A stretch of 64,000 bases of DNA, taken from positions 34,588 through 98,587 of the forward strand of contig JAIXWI010000015.1 of the NCBI GenBank assembly GCA_027491355.1, read 5' to 3'. The DNA is from Bacteroidota bacterium (GTDB lineage: Bacteria; Bacteroidota; Bacteroidia; UKL13-3). Below, in pieces: positions 1 through 9,199 of this stretch. Both the position numbers and the translations under genes were made by a program. The stretch's first letter is position 1; each line of letters starts with the position of its first letter. Under the pieces are notes generated by a model that was given only the letters and a program-made list of their open reading frames with translations, made no database searches and had not been told where the DNA came from.

Positions 1-608
1 TCTAATCCAATTATGTACCACCTGTTTCTGTATTGTTTGAGTAAATATGGGTGTAGTGTATATGTTTTAATTTGATCACTATTGAAACGTTTATAAGTCA
101 ATTCACAAATGTTGTAGTTTTTAATGCAGTCTAAAATGGGCGACATGAATTCAAAACCTGGGTCTGCGGTGCTTGTCTCTGCTTGAATGAGTGTTTCCCA
201 GGATTTCCTTGGTAGCTTGGCATTTGCGTGCATGTAATTTTCAAGTTTTTCAATTGAATCTACTAGTTGTTTTGCAGGGTCAATTCCTCCGAATTGTCTC
301 AAAATAGAACAAGCAAATGCAATTGCAGAAAGATCTTCCTCGTTAATAGGAAAATTTGAAATTGAATAATCTGGGTCTTCGTAATAATAACCTTTTTCAG
401 TTTTTGAATAAGCAATAGGAGCAAAGTATTTCAATTCTTCATCATACATCATGTCATATAAGTCTTTTTCTATGGTTCTTAATGAAACCGTACCTAAGTT
501 TTCACAGGCACTGATAAAATCATACTTATTTGGATATTTTTTGAATTTATTCCGCAAACAGGCATCTATTATACGGTATCGGATGATTGCATTTTTATTT
601 TTCGGCAT
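1..608 (-). CDS. WYL-domain (HTH-WYL) transcriptional regulator, C-terminus runs off the left edge (partial)
   Basis: Minus-strand ORF from ATG at 608-606, open to position 1. Translation starts MPKNKNAIIRYRIIDACLRN... and ends ...YTLHPYLLKQYRNRWYIIGL. The N-terminal HTH and the 'RNRWYIIG' WYL signature are typical of Bacteroidota WYL regulators. It is absent from the ORF track because it is incomplete. Confidence 0.6.
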   Translation of the reverse strand, partial: MPKNKNAIIRYRIIDACLRNKFKKYPNKYDFISACENLGTVSLRTIEKDLYDMMYDEELKYFAPIAYSKTEKGYYYEDPDYSISNFPINEEDLSAIAFACSILRQFGGIDPAKQLVDSIEKLENYMHANAKLPRKSWETLIQAETSTADPGFEFMSPILDCIKNYNICELTYKRFNSDQIKTYTLHPYLLKQYRNRWYIIGL

Positions 609-728
609 GCCTGCAATATAATTAAATAATCTTGACAAACACAGAATTACCAATAGTTTCAGCCCGCAAATACACTGCGGAATTGGTTTATAGCTTTGTA
701 CCATCAAATACATTAAATAAAACCGATT

Positions 729-1436
729 ATGACACAGACAAACCTGCAAACCCAACAATTAGAGAACACTTTTCAAACATTGGTTCAAACAAAGCATTTA
801 TTAGCAAAAGCCCACTCAAGTTTAAATTGGGGTTTTGTAAAAACAGCTATTCAGCTTTGTAATGCTTATCTTTTATTTAATCCCGAACACTTAGAAGCAA
901 AATTACTCAAGGCGTATTGTTTATTAAAGAGTGATGAATTGAAGTCTGCATTTAATTTATTTTTTAAACTGAATCAGGTGCACCCAAATTCATTACCCTG
1001 TTTAATAGGTTTAGCCCAATTTCATTTGTACAATGAAAATTATGAGGTAGCTGAACCTTTGTTGTTAAAAGCACTTTCAATGGGGAGAGATGCTTACGCA
1101 AAATCAGAAGTAATAGAAATTCTTGCACAATCATACTTAGACAAAGGAAACCCTAAATTGGCATTGAGAACAATTAATGAAGCAATTGAAATCTTGCCAT
1201 TTGAACATTCCAGCCACCATTTACATGGTGCAATTTTAATGGAAATGGGCAATTATACTGAAGCCAAGAGAAGTTTTGATATTGCAATACAACTCAATAA
1301 AGATGCCGCAGAATCATTCAGAAAAAGAGCCAAATGTTGGATGATGTTGAATAAAGTTGAATTTGGTTTACTAGATATTAAAAAAGCACAAAAAATAGAG
1401 CTTGAAAGGTGCAAGTTTTTAGAAGCATTTGAATAA
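729..1436 (+). CDS. tetratricopeptide-repeat protein (hypothetical)
   Basis: 235 aa with repeated A/L/Y-rich 34-residue helical-pair pattern (LKAYCLLKSDELKSAFNLF..., ALRTINEAIEILP..., AKRSFDIAIQLNKD...). No signal peptide. Confidence 0.5.
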   Translation: MTQTNLQTQQLENTFQTLVQTKHLLAKAHSSLNWGFVKTAIQLCNAYLLFNPEHLEAKLLKAYCLLKSDELKSAFNLFFKLNQVHPNSLPCLIGLAQFHLYNENYEVAEPLLLKALSMGRDAYAKSEVIEILAQSYLDKGNPKLALRTINEAIEILPFEHSSHHLHGAILMEMGNYTEAKRSFDIAIQLNKDAAESFRKRAKCWMMLNKVEFGLLDIKKAQKIELERCKFLEAFE

Positions 1437-1463
1437 AATAAACATTTGATTGACTACCCATAT

Positions 1464-1506
1464 GTCTCATTTTGGGATAATTTTATCCCAATTTGAGACT
1501 TTTTTG
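1464..1506 (+). terminator. rho-independent terminator after TPR gene
   Basis: gtctcattttgggataa-ttt-tatcccaatttgagac, a 17-bp stem with 2 mismatches, followed by TTTTTTG. Confidence 0.45.
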
Positions 1507-1618
1507 TGTACAATCCATAGCCTAGTGATTGCTATAAGTGCCTTATAAATAAACAGATAGTTTTATATAAATAAATTGGTATCATTTTCTCTAAAGATGA
1601 TTATTAAATCTTTTCAAA

Positions 1619-2008
1619 ATGAATATGATTCGCCTTTTTATATTTTTAGGAATTGCATCGATTTTAATGGTGGTTGCTTGCAAAAGAACCAGCATCGAAA
1701 AAAATGGAGAAATACAGCCCCAACAAAGCTTCGGTGAATTAAAAACCGCAGGTCAATTTAATTGGAATACCAACTCCGAGTTAACCTTGCTGTTTTTAGG
1801 CAAAAACAACGACCCAAGAATTGCAGCACTCAAATTAATAGACAATAACGGAAGAGTTTATTTCCAAAGACTCCAGCGAGCAAAAGAAAACTTCCAAACA
1901 AAAATTCTGATCCCTTCTCACGTACAAAATTTAAGGTGGAGTTTTGCGGGTCAATTTCAAAATTTTAATCCAAAAACAGGTAGAATTGTTGTAAGTTTGC
2001 AACCTTAA
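1619..2008 (+). CDS. small lipoprotein, uncharacterised family (paralog A of 9194..9583)
   Basis: 129 aa. Signal peptide with lipobox (ILMVVAC). Shares length and ordered motifs (FNW-T, K-ID-G-F, IL/VP-H) with the ORF at 9194..9583. It sits 21 nt upstream of the LruC gene on the same strand. Confidence 0.5.
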   Translation: MNMIRLFIFLGIASILMVVACKRTSIEKNGEIQPQQSFGELKTAGQFNWNTNSELTLLFLGKNNDPRIAALKLIDNNGRVYFQRLQRAKENFQTKILIPSHVQNLRWSFAGQFQNFNPKTGRIVVSLQP

Positions 2009-2029
2009 TCCCTGATAATCTGAAAGAAA

Positions 2030-3409
2030 ATGAAAAATCAAAGGATCATACAGATTTTTAGAAGTTTTACAGCCCTATTGTTAGTATTTATTGCTGGCAG
2101 GGCTGCTTCACAACCTATATTTACAGACAATGTTACAGACTCGGTGTCAATTACCTACCCAACGGTAGGAGCAAGCAATCCTAGTTTTGTGTATACCAAT
2201 TCTACAAGCATAACAATCAAATGGACTCCTGGAAACGGATCCGGAAGAATTGTATTGGCTTCAACTGATTCTACCATAAACGCCTGGCCCGCTGATAAAG
2301 CCTCTTATACTGCAAATGCAACATATGGCTCAGGTAGTTCTATAGGTAATGCTAAAGTGTTGTATACAGGAAATGGGGATTCTGTTAGCATTTCCAATTT
2401 AAACTCAAACGTGAAATATTATTTTTGGATTATTGAATACAATACCATTGGTTCATTCAACTATTTCGATACACAATATTTTCTAAGAACCTCAACATAC
2501 ACTACATTGCCTGATGCTGATGGTGACAATGTGCCAGATATAGACGATGTTTTTCCCTCAGATCCTTTGAGGGCATTTGTAACAACATATCCACCTTCAG
2601 GTTTTGGAACATTGCTTTTTGAAGATTTATGGCCAGGTATAGGAGATTATGATTTCAATGATCTAGTTCTTGATTACAATTACAGTATCGTTTCAAACGG
2701 CGACAACAATGTTGTTGAAGCAGATTATACTTTTGTTACCAGAGCAATAGGAGGAGATTTACACAATGCTTTCGCATTCCAATTAGATGGTGTAAATCCT
2801 GATAAAATTACCAATGTAACAGGTGCCAATACTGCTGGTGTTACATGGACAACATTCAATCCTAATGGTACTGAATTTGACCAACCCAATCATGCCAATA
2901 TTATCGTTTTTAAAGATGCTTACGATTTGCTGCCAACCTCTGGCGGTTATTGGTTTGTTAATGTAGACCCCAACGCGCCAGATGTAGGAACTGATACGAC
3001 AAAAATACATCTAACTTTTATTGACAATGGAACAGTGCCTTCAGGTGGTACCGTTTCAACAACAATTATGGACGCTGCAGCTTTTAATCCATACATTATT
3101 GTCAACCAACAAAGAGGTAAAGAAATTCACCTTGCTAACAAAATTCCTTCAGACAAAGCAAACTTAGGATTCTTTGGTACCGTAAACGACAATTCTGTTC
3201 CAGGAATAGGCAGGTATTACAAATCACACAACAACCTGCCTTGGGCTCTGGACATCAATACATCTATACCTTACACCAAAGAGAAAGTTGATTTTTTACA
3301 AGCGTATTTGAACTTTTCAATTTGGGCTCAAAGTAATGGCTTAAGCAATCCAGACTGGTATATTGATATGCCGGGTAATAGAAATTCTTCTAAACTAATT
3401 ATTCGCTAA
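2030..3409 (+). CDS. LruC-domain-containing secreted protein
   Basis: 459 aa with N-terminal signal/TM. It has a DADGDNVPDIDDVFPSDP thrombospondin-type-3-like Ca-binding motif followed by FEDLWPGIGDYDFNDLVLDY. I recognise this as the LruC-domain signature of Bacteroidota/Leptospira proteins. Assignment is by motif memory only. Confidence 0.55.
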   Translation: MKNQRIIQIFRSFTALLLVFIAGRAASQPIFTDNVTDSVSITYPTVGASNPSFVYTNSTSITIKWTPGNGSGRIVLASTDSTINAWPADKASYTANATYGSGSSIGNAKVLYTGNGDSVSISNLNSNVKYYFWIIEYNTIGSFNYFDTQYFLRTSTYTTLPDADGDNVPDIDDVFPSDPLRAFVTTYPPSGFGTLLFEDLWPGIGDYDFNDLVLDYNYSIVSNGDNNVVEADYTFVTRAIGGDLHNAFAFQLDGVNPDKITNVTGANTAGVTWTTFNPNGTEFDQPNHANIIVFKDAYDLLPTSGGYWFVNVDPNAPDVGTDTTKIHLTFIDNGTVPSGGTVSTTIMDAAAFNPYIIVNQQRGKEIHLANKIPSDKANLGFFGTVNDNSVPGIGRYYKSHNNLPWALDINTSIPYTKEKVDFLQAYLNFSIWAQSNGLSNPDWYIDMPGNRNSSKLIIR

Positions 3410-3447
3410 CAAGCTTGTATTGAATTGGTTCATTTAAAAGCATTATT

Positions 3448-6400
3448 ATGAAAAAAACACATATACAAAACATGTATTTGTACAAAAAAAGTATAGCACT
3501 GCTAATGATCTTGTTATTCTCAGGAATACAATTTGCATTAAAGGCTCAAACTGCTATTACTCCAAAACATACAGGTACCCTGTCAACATTTTCTTCCATA
3601 TGGACAAGTAGTGGTGTCAATCAAGGAGTAACTGGGAGCAATGATTACCTTGTTTTGAATACAAACAATGCAAGTTTACAAACACCAAATTTAGATTTCA
3701 CAGGCAAAAGAGCCATCGTCTATTTACAATTAAAAGCAGAAACAGGAATAACAAGTCCAGCTATATTATCGATTGAAATTTCAACAAATGGTGGCGCAAG
3801 CTGGGATAACTTAGATGAAGTTTTTGCTGCAGATGAAACATTTTCAACTATTGTAGTCAATGCCAGTGCCTATACAGGTTCTCAAAATATCATCCGTGTC
3901 ATAACCTATACCAATACTGTCAACAATGCTATTGGCCTAGACGATATAACAGTAATAGGGTATGATGAACCATCAACTCAGGCGAGTTCGCTTCAATTTT
4001 CTTGTTTGAACAATAAATCTGTTAGAGTTAGTTGGACCAAAGGTAGCGGGTCAAGAACTGCTGTATTTATGTTAAGAAGTTCTTCTGCAGGTGTTCCTAA
4101 TATTGAAGATGGATTGACTTACAATGTATCTAGTCCTAAAGGAATCAATACAACCAGAGGTAGTCAGTTAGGAGCAAGTGGTTACTACTGCGTTTACAAT
4201 GATACTGGTAGTACTGTTTTAGTTGGCAATTTAAACGCCAATTCCAAATATTGGTTTAGAGTTTATAGTTATTCTTGTGACAGTATTGTATCAGAAATTA
4301 CAATCAATTACAATTCTACAACAGCAGCGTCAAACCCTTCTAGTTACACAACAGCAGCTACTGCGACAAGCTTTCCACTGCCAACTTTAACTGACTTGAA
4401 TGCCTCAAATATTACAACAACTGATGCGATTATTTCTAGTAAGCTAACCGCAAGCGATGAGTGTGATCCTGCAATGTCAAAAGGTTTTGTATGGTCTGAA
4501 ACAAATGTGAATTCAAATCCTTTAATTGGCGGTACTGGAGTTACGAGAATTGTAATTTCCAATCCCGATACTGGATCATTTGGAACAACATTTACAGGTT
4601 TACCTTCAGGTATTTCAATTTCATACAAATCTTATGGTTTAACGCTGAATTCCAATGCTGGCTACTTCTCAACAGGTACTTTTACAACATTGGCACTTCA
4701 GCCAACAATTGCATCCTTAGGTTTACAATTTTCAGCCATTGACACCAATAGCATTCAATTGACTTGGACAAAAGGTAACGGAGCAAAAAGAATAGTAGTG
4801 GCTAGACCATTTGGATCTACCCGATTTGCACCAAGTAATGCAACAGGATACTCAGTTAATAGCAACGCGTACTCAGATTTACTCAATTCAACTACTGGAA
4901 CAAACAATAAAGTTGTTTTCAATGATACAAGTTCAAGTTTCACGTTAACCGGATTGAACCCTGGTACCATTTATGAGTTTGATGTATATGAGTACAATGG
5001 AGACAATGCCAGCGCAAATTACGCAACAAGCTTTTTGAATGGAAATCAATCAACGCTTGCCAGGCAACCTTTGCCTGCTACAAACATAGTTTTTACAAAT
5101 ACCACTGATTCGAGTACCTTGGTTTCATGGACCAACGGTACTGGTTTGAATAGGATTTTAGTAGTAAGATTGGCGAGTACACCTAAAGCAAATCCGACCA
5201 ACGGAACTGCTTATCCCGTAAACAGTGCTTCATTTTCTGATGTTCCTAATTTTTTAACTGGTGCAGGGAACTCTGGAAACGTAGTTGTATACAATGCAAA
5301 TGGCTCTAGTGTAACAGTTACTGGATTAACCAGTTCAACTGCATATGCTTTTGATATTTATGAATACAATGGTAGCGGTGCAACCATTAATTATTCAGCT
5401 GCATTAACTGGTAACAAAACAACATTAAGCGTTGCACCAACATTAAAAGCAAGTGCAATTGTTTTTGGAACAATCACTACCAACAGCATACAAGTTTCAT
5501 GGACCAATGGAAATGGCAACAGACGTATAGTTGTAGCCAGACTTAGTAGTTCAAACAGAACAGCACCTAGTCATTCTGTTGATTATTTTGTTAACTCAGC
5601 AGCATTCTCTGATTTTTCAAATGATTCAACTGGTATCGGAAATAGGGTAGTATATGATGGGAATGGCCAAACGGTAACAGTAACCGGTTTGAGTACTGGA
5701 ACATCTTATACATTTGATGTATATGAATACAATGGCACCGGTAACAGTATAGCTTATTCAGATGTGTTCAATGCGAGCAGAACAACACTTGCAAATCAAC
5801 CTACTGTTATTGCCAGTAACTTAAACTTTAGTAACATCACACAAAGTAGTATGACTTTGGCCTGGACCAATGGAAATGGAAGTGGAAGAATAGTGGTTGC
5901 AAGAGACATCAACACATCCAGAACATCACCTACAAATGCTACACAATACAATGTAAACAGTGCTTCCTATTCAAACTTAAACAATGATACAACTGGAACA
6001 GGTAATATTGTTGTTTACAACGGAACGGGCTCAACTGTTAATGTAACAGACTTGATACCTGTAAGCAGGTATGCTTTTGACATTTATGAATACAATGGTA
6101 GCGGATTATCAACCAATTATTCAAGTAATTTAAGTGGAAATGAAATGACTTTAGATGCTGAACCAAGCAATCAAGCATCAAACATTCATTTTACGAATAT
6201 TACCAAAACAAGCTTTACAATTAATTGGAACAAAGGTGCTGATGCTGATTTTTCAATGGTAATTGTAAAAGCTGGTGCTCCGGTTGATGCATTTCCTTCA
6301 GATGGAGCTAATTATTTGGCAAGTGCAATTTTCGGCAATGGAAATGAACTTGGTTCAGGCAATTACATAACATACATGTCTTCTGGAAATACAATGAACC

Positions 6401-9144
6401 TCTCTGGTTTAACAGAGGGAGTTACCTACCATGTGGCTGTTATTTCTTACAATGCTTCAAACGGTACTTTACATAACTATCAGTTGGACAGTCCAGCAAC
6501 AGGTTCACAAGCAGCACAAAGGGCTACTTTTTATTCAAAAGGAAGCCTAAATCCAGAAAGTTTGACAAGCTGGACCAGCAATAGAGCTGGTACTGGAACC
6601 AATCCATTAGCATTCAATTCTGCCGATAATGAATTCATTATTCAGAATGGACATACCATGACAACAGCATCTAGTTGGAGTTTTGGATCAAATGGTAGTT
6701 CAATTTTAACAATTGAAAATGGCGGTGTTTTAAAAGCAAACCACCCAATTTTAATAGCAGCATCAGATTCTTTTAAATTAGATAACAATGCTAGATACAT
6801 TCATAACCATACAGGTTCATTTACTAGTGGCATTCTAAATGGTAAAGAATTGTTTGATGCCAATAGTATTTTTGAAGTACAAAATTCTCCAAGTATTGGT
6901 CCAAATCAACCAAGTTCAGGATTTGGTCATTTGGCCATCAATATGAATACAGACCCAGGCTATTCAATTCAAATGGGCGGAGGCACACTCCACATTCGTG
7001 GAAATTTTGAAATTCAAAATTTTCCATCTAACAGAGATTGGCAGTTTACCAACAATGCACCTTTGAATTTAAGTATAGATGGTGATTTAAACATTGCAAA
7101 TGGAGGTTTGGATTTTGCATCACAGTCAGGAAATGCCTTTGTAATTGCATCTATAGGAGGCAACTTCATACAAACAGGCGGAACCATCAAGTCTAGTTCG
7201 TCTACAGCCTTGAATTTAAGCTTAATAGGTTTTAATAATAACATTTCTATAACCGGTGGAACTTATCTTCCAAACAATATAAACATTGGCATTGGCATTA
7301 GTGCCACATATACTTCAATGTCTAATTTGAGTTTAGGTAGCTCTAAAAGTTTAACTGTTGATGGCGTTTTAAAAATGGATACTTATCAAATTATTGCAAA
7401 TGGAAACAATGCTTCCATTATTGTCAATGGTACCATTGAAACTGCAGATACAAATGGATTAACTGATCGAGCAAATACATGTATTTCCAACATAAATAAC
7501 CCAAGTGTTGTCATCAACGCTGGTTCAATTATCAAGTACAATGCCAATAGCAATCAATTGGTATCAGCGCGTGCTGATTATGACAATATAGAAATATCAG
7601 GTTTTGGATACAAATACTTGGATGCTGGATTTAGATTAACTTTTAGTGGCAATTTGTCTACCAATGATGCTTTAGTGTTGAAATCTGATGCTTTAGGTAC
7701 AGCATCAATTGGAGAATTACCAAATACAGCCAGCATAACAGGAAAAATCAGCGTAGAAAGATTCATACCTGCAAGAAGGGCCTATCGTTTTCTATCTAGT
7801 CCGGTAACTACATCTGATTACATTATAAACAATTGGCAAAATGGGGCATTCATTACAGGTAATGGAGGAACTGACAACGGATTTGATGTTGGAAACCTTC
7901 AAGGACTTCAGTTCCCTTCTATGTTTACATTAAATGCGACATCACAAGCATGGGATTCTATTCCAAATACAAATGCAACAAACTTAGTTCAGGGAATGGG
8001 GTATAGGATGTTTGTAAGAGGAGATAGAACCATAGATTTAAACTCAAACAATGCCACCCCAACAACAACTATTTTAACAGCAACCGGAACGCATACACCT
8101 GGCGATAAAACTTTCAACACCAGTTCAATTCCAGCTTTGAGCAATCAATTTAATGGCTATACAATGATTGGAAATCCTTTTCCGTCAGCAATTGATTGGA
8201 ACAATGTAACCAAGTCTAATGTGTCATCAAGTTATTGGACATGGCGAGCGCAGGGTGGAGCAAATAACAGAGGTGCTTATGTGAATTACAATGCAAGTGG
8301 TATGATCAGCTCTGATGGGAATGTGAACAAGAATATTGAGTCAGGAAGCGCGATCATTGTTCAAACTTCTGGAGCAAACCCTTCTTTGACCATTAAAGAG
8401 TCAGACAAGACCGCTGCTATGCAAGGCTCACAAATACTTGGAAAATCAGCTGCAGATCAACTGTTAAGAATAACTGTAAATGAAGATGACAGTATTTTTG
8501 CAGATGGTTTGGTTATTTATACAACACCTGAAGCACAAAATACATTCGAAACTTTTGATACAGAAAAATGGATCAATCCCGGTTTTACAATTTATTCTCT
8601 TACAAGTGATAATAAAAAGGTTTCTATTCAAGGAGTTCCTGCTTTTGTTAACCAAAGAAACATTCAACTTGGAATAGAAAAAACTGAAAATAGAACTTAT
8701 ACCATGCAATTTAGTGGAATGGCTTCGTCTGATTTTAAAGTGGAATTATTGGATAAATTTTTAGGAAAGTCAGTAGATATTAGCAAACAAGATGCCTATA
8801 AGTTTGATGTAACTTCTGATATTCAATCTAAATCAAATGATAGGTTCAACTTGGTTTTCACAACAAATAGTACAGGCTTAAACATTGCCGAAATGACCAA
8901 TCAGTTGTCGCTTTATCCAAATCCTGCAAACAATGAAATATATTTGAGTTTGTTGACATCTAATGCTCAATTGTGCACTGTTGAAATTAGCAATCAAATT
9001 GGCCAAGTTGTTTATGCAGGCATGTTAGATTTTATAGAAAACAAAACACAGCGAATCAACATAGATGACATAGCCGCAGGTATTTATGTGGTAAATATTT
9101 CGAGTAAAACCGGATTTTATCAAAAAATCAAGTTCGTTAAATAA
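3448..9144 (+). CDS. giant T9SS-secreted cell-surface protein (1898 aa): N-terminal beta-sandwich domain, 6 Fn3-like repeats, Gly/Asn-rich beta-helix-like region, type-A T9SS C-terminal sorting domain
   Basis: Signal peptide (LLMILLFSGIQFALKAQ). Repeated ~122-aa units (SIQLTWTKGNG..RIVVAR....YEFDVYEYNG). A central region rich in G/N/S/T with repeated 'GG' turns, consistent with a beta-helix. The C-terminal 80 aa (LSLYPNPANNEIYLSL...GIYVVNISSKTGFYQKIKFVK) match a Por_Secre_tail CTD. Uninterrupted 5.7-kb ORF. Confidence 0.8.
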   Translation: MKKTHIQNMYLYKKSIALLMILLFSGIQFALKAQTAITPKHTGTLSTFSSIWTSSGVNQGVTGSNDYLVLNTNNASLQTPNLDFTGKRAIVYLQLKAETGITSPAILSIEISTNGGASWDNLDEVFAADETFSTIVVNASAYTGSQNIIRVITYTNTVNNAIGLDDITVIGYDEPSTQASSLQFSCLNNKSVRVSWTKGSGSRTAVFMLRSSSAGVPNIEDGLTYNVSSPKGINTTRGSQLGASGYYCVYNDTGSTVLVGNLNANSKYWFRVYSYSCDSIVSEITINYNSTTAASNPSSYTTAATATSFPLPTLTDLNASNITTTDAIISSKLTASDECDPAMSKGFVWSETNVNSNPLIGGTGVTRIVISNPDTGSFGTTFTGLPSGISISYKSYGLTLNSNAGYFSTGTFTTLALQPTIASLGLQFSAIDTNSIQLTWTKGNGAKRIVVARPFGSTRFAPSNATGYSVNSNAYSDLLNSTTGTNNKVVFNDTSSSFTLTGLNPGTIYEFDVYEYNGDNASANYATSFLNGNQSTLARQPLPATNIVFTNTTDSSTLVSWTNGTGLNRILVVRLASTPKANPTNGTAYPVNSASFSDVPNFLTGAGNSGNVVVYNANGSSVTVTGLTSSTAYAFDIYEYNGSGATINYSAALTGNKTTLSVAPTLKASAIVFGTITTNSIQVSWTNGNGNRRIVVARLSSSNRTAPSHSVDYFVNSAAFSDFSNDSTGIGNRVVYDGNGQTVTVTGLSTGTSYTFDVYEYNGTGNSIAYSDVFNASRTTLANQPTVIASNLNFSNITQSSMTLAWTNGNGSGRIVVARDINTSRTSPTNATQYNVNSASYSNLNNDTTGTGNIVVYNGTGSTVNVTDLIPVSRYAFDIYEYNGSGLSTNYSSNLSGNEMTLDAEPSNQASNIHFTNITKTSFTINWNKGADADFSMVIVKAGAPVDAFPSDGANYLASAIFGNGNELGSGNYITYMSSGNTMNLSGLTEGVTYHVAVISYNASNGTLHNYQLDSPATGSQAAQRATFYSKGSLNPESLTSWTSNRAGTGTNPLAFNSADNEFIIQNGHTMTTASSWSFGSNGSSILTIENGGVLKANHPILIAASDSFKLDNNARYIHNHTGSFTSGILNGKELFDANSIFEVQNSPSIGPNQPSSGFGHLAINMNTDPGYSIQMGGGTLHIRGNFEIQNFPSNRDWQFTNNAPLNLSIDGDLNIANGGLDFASQSGNAFVIASIGGNFIQTGGTIKSSSSTALNLSLIGFNNNISITGGTYLPNNINIGIGISATYTSMSNLSLGSSKSLTVDGVLKMDTYQIIANGNNASIIVNGTIETADTNGLTDRANTCISNINNPSVVINAGSIIKYNANSNQLVSARADYDNIEISGFGYKYLDAGFRLTFSGNLSTNDALVLKSDALGTASIGELPNTASITGKISVERFIPARRAYRFLSSPVTTSDYIINNWQNGAFITGNGGTDNGFDVGNLQGLQFPSMFTLNATSQAWDSIPNTNATNLVQGMGYRMFVRGDRTIDLNSNNATPTTTILTATGTHTPGDKTFNTSSIPALSNQFNGYTMIGNPFPSAIDWNNVTKSNVSSSYWTWRAQGGANNRGAYVNYNASGMISSDGNVNKNIESGSAIIVQTSGANPSLTIKESDKTAAMQGSQILGKSAADQLLRITVNEDDSIFADGLVIYTTPEAQNTFETFDTEKWINPGFTIYSLTSDNKKVSIQGVPAFVNQRNIQLGIEKTENRTYTMQFSGMASSDFKVELLDKFLGKSVDISKQDAYKFDVTSDIQSKSNDRFNLVFTTNSTGLNIAEMTNQLSLYPNPANNEIYLSLLTSNAQLCTVEISNQIGQVVYAGMLDFIENKTQRINIDDIAAGIYVVNISSKTGFYQKIKFVK
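4699..6159 (+). repeat. 4 in-frame tandem repeats of 366 bp (122 aa Fn3-like unit) inside the giant gene; diverged copies at ~3967-4329 and 6160-~6520
   Basis: Unit boundaries at 4699, 5065, 5431, 5797 and 6160 are exact 366-nt steps (the last is 363). They share DNA strings such as tttga(t/c)(g/a)t(a/t)tatga(g/a)tacaatgg and caa(c/t)ggaaatgg. Protein units start QPTIAS / QPLPAT / VAPTLKAS / QPTVIAS. Confidence 0.8.
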
Positions 9145-9161
9145 AGATCTTATCTTTGACA

Positions 9162-9199
9162 CCATAAAAAAAAGACCGATAACGGTCTTTTTTTTATGG
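9162..9199. terminator. bidirectional rho-independent terminator between convergent genes
   Basis: Perfect 38-nt palindrome ccataaaaaaaagaccg-ataa-cggtcttttttttatgg. The stem is flanked by an A8 run and a T8 run. It lies between the stop of 3448..9144 (+) and the stop of 9194..9583 (-), and overlaps the latter stop codon. Confidence 0.6.

Noticed and set aside
632-862. 76-aa + ORF overlapping the promoter and 5' end of the TPR gene
   Set aside because: Low-complexity AT-rich translation. It overlaps the better-supported TPR ORF in another frame and shows no coding features.
2783-8709. Several antisense or alternative-frame ORFs inside the LruC and giant genes (2783..3010, 4344..4628, 4755..4970, 7014..7244, 7578..7766, 8464..8709, 8480..8677)
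   Set aside because: All are embedded in long, motif-supported ORFs on the other strand or frame. They are typical shadow ORFs of AT-rich DNA.
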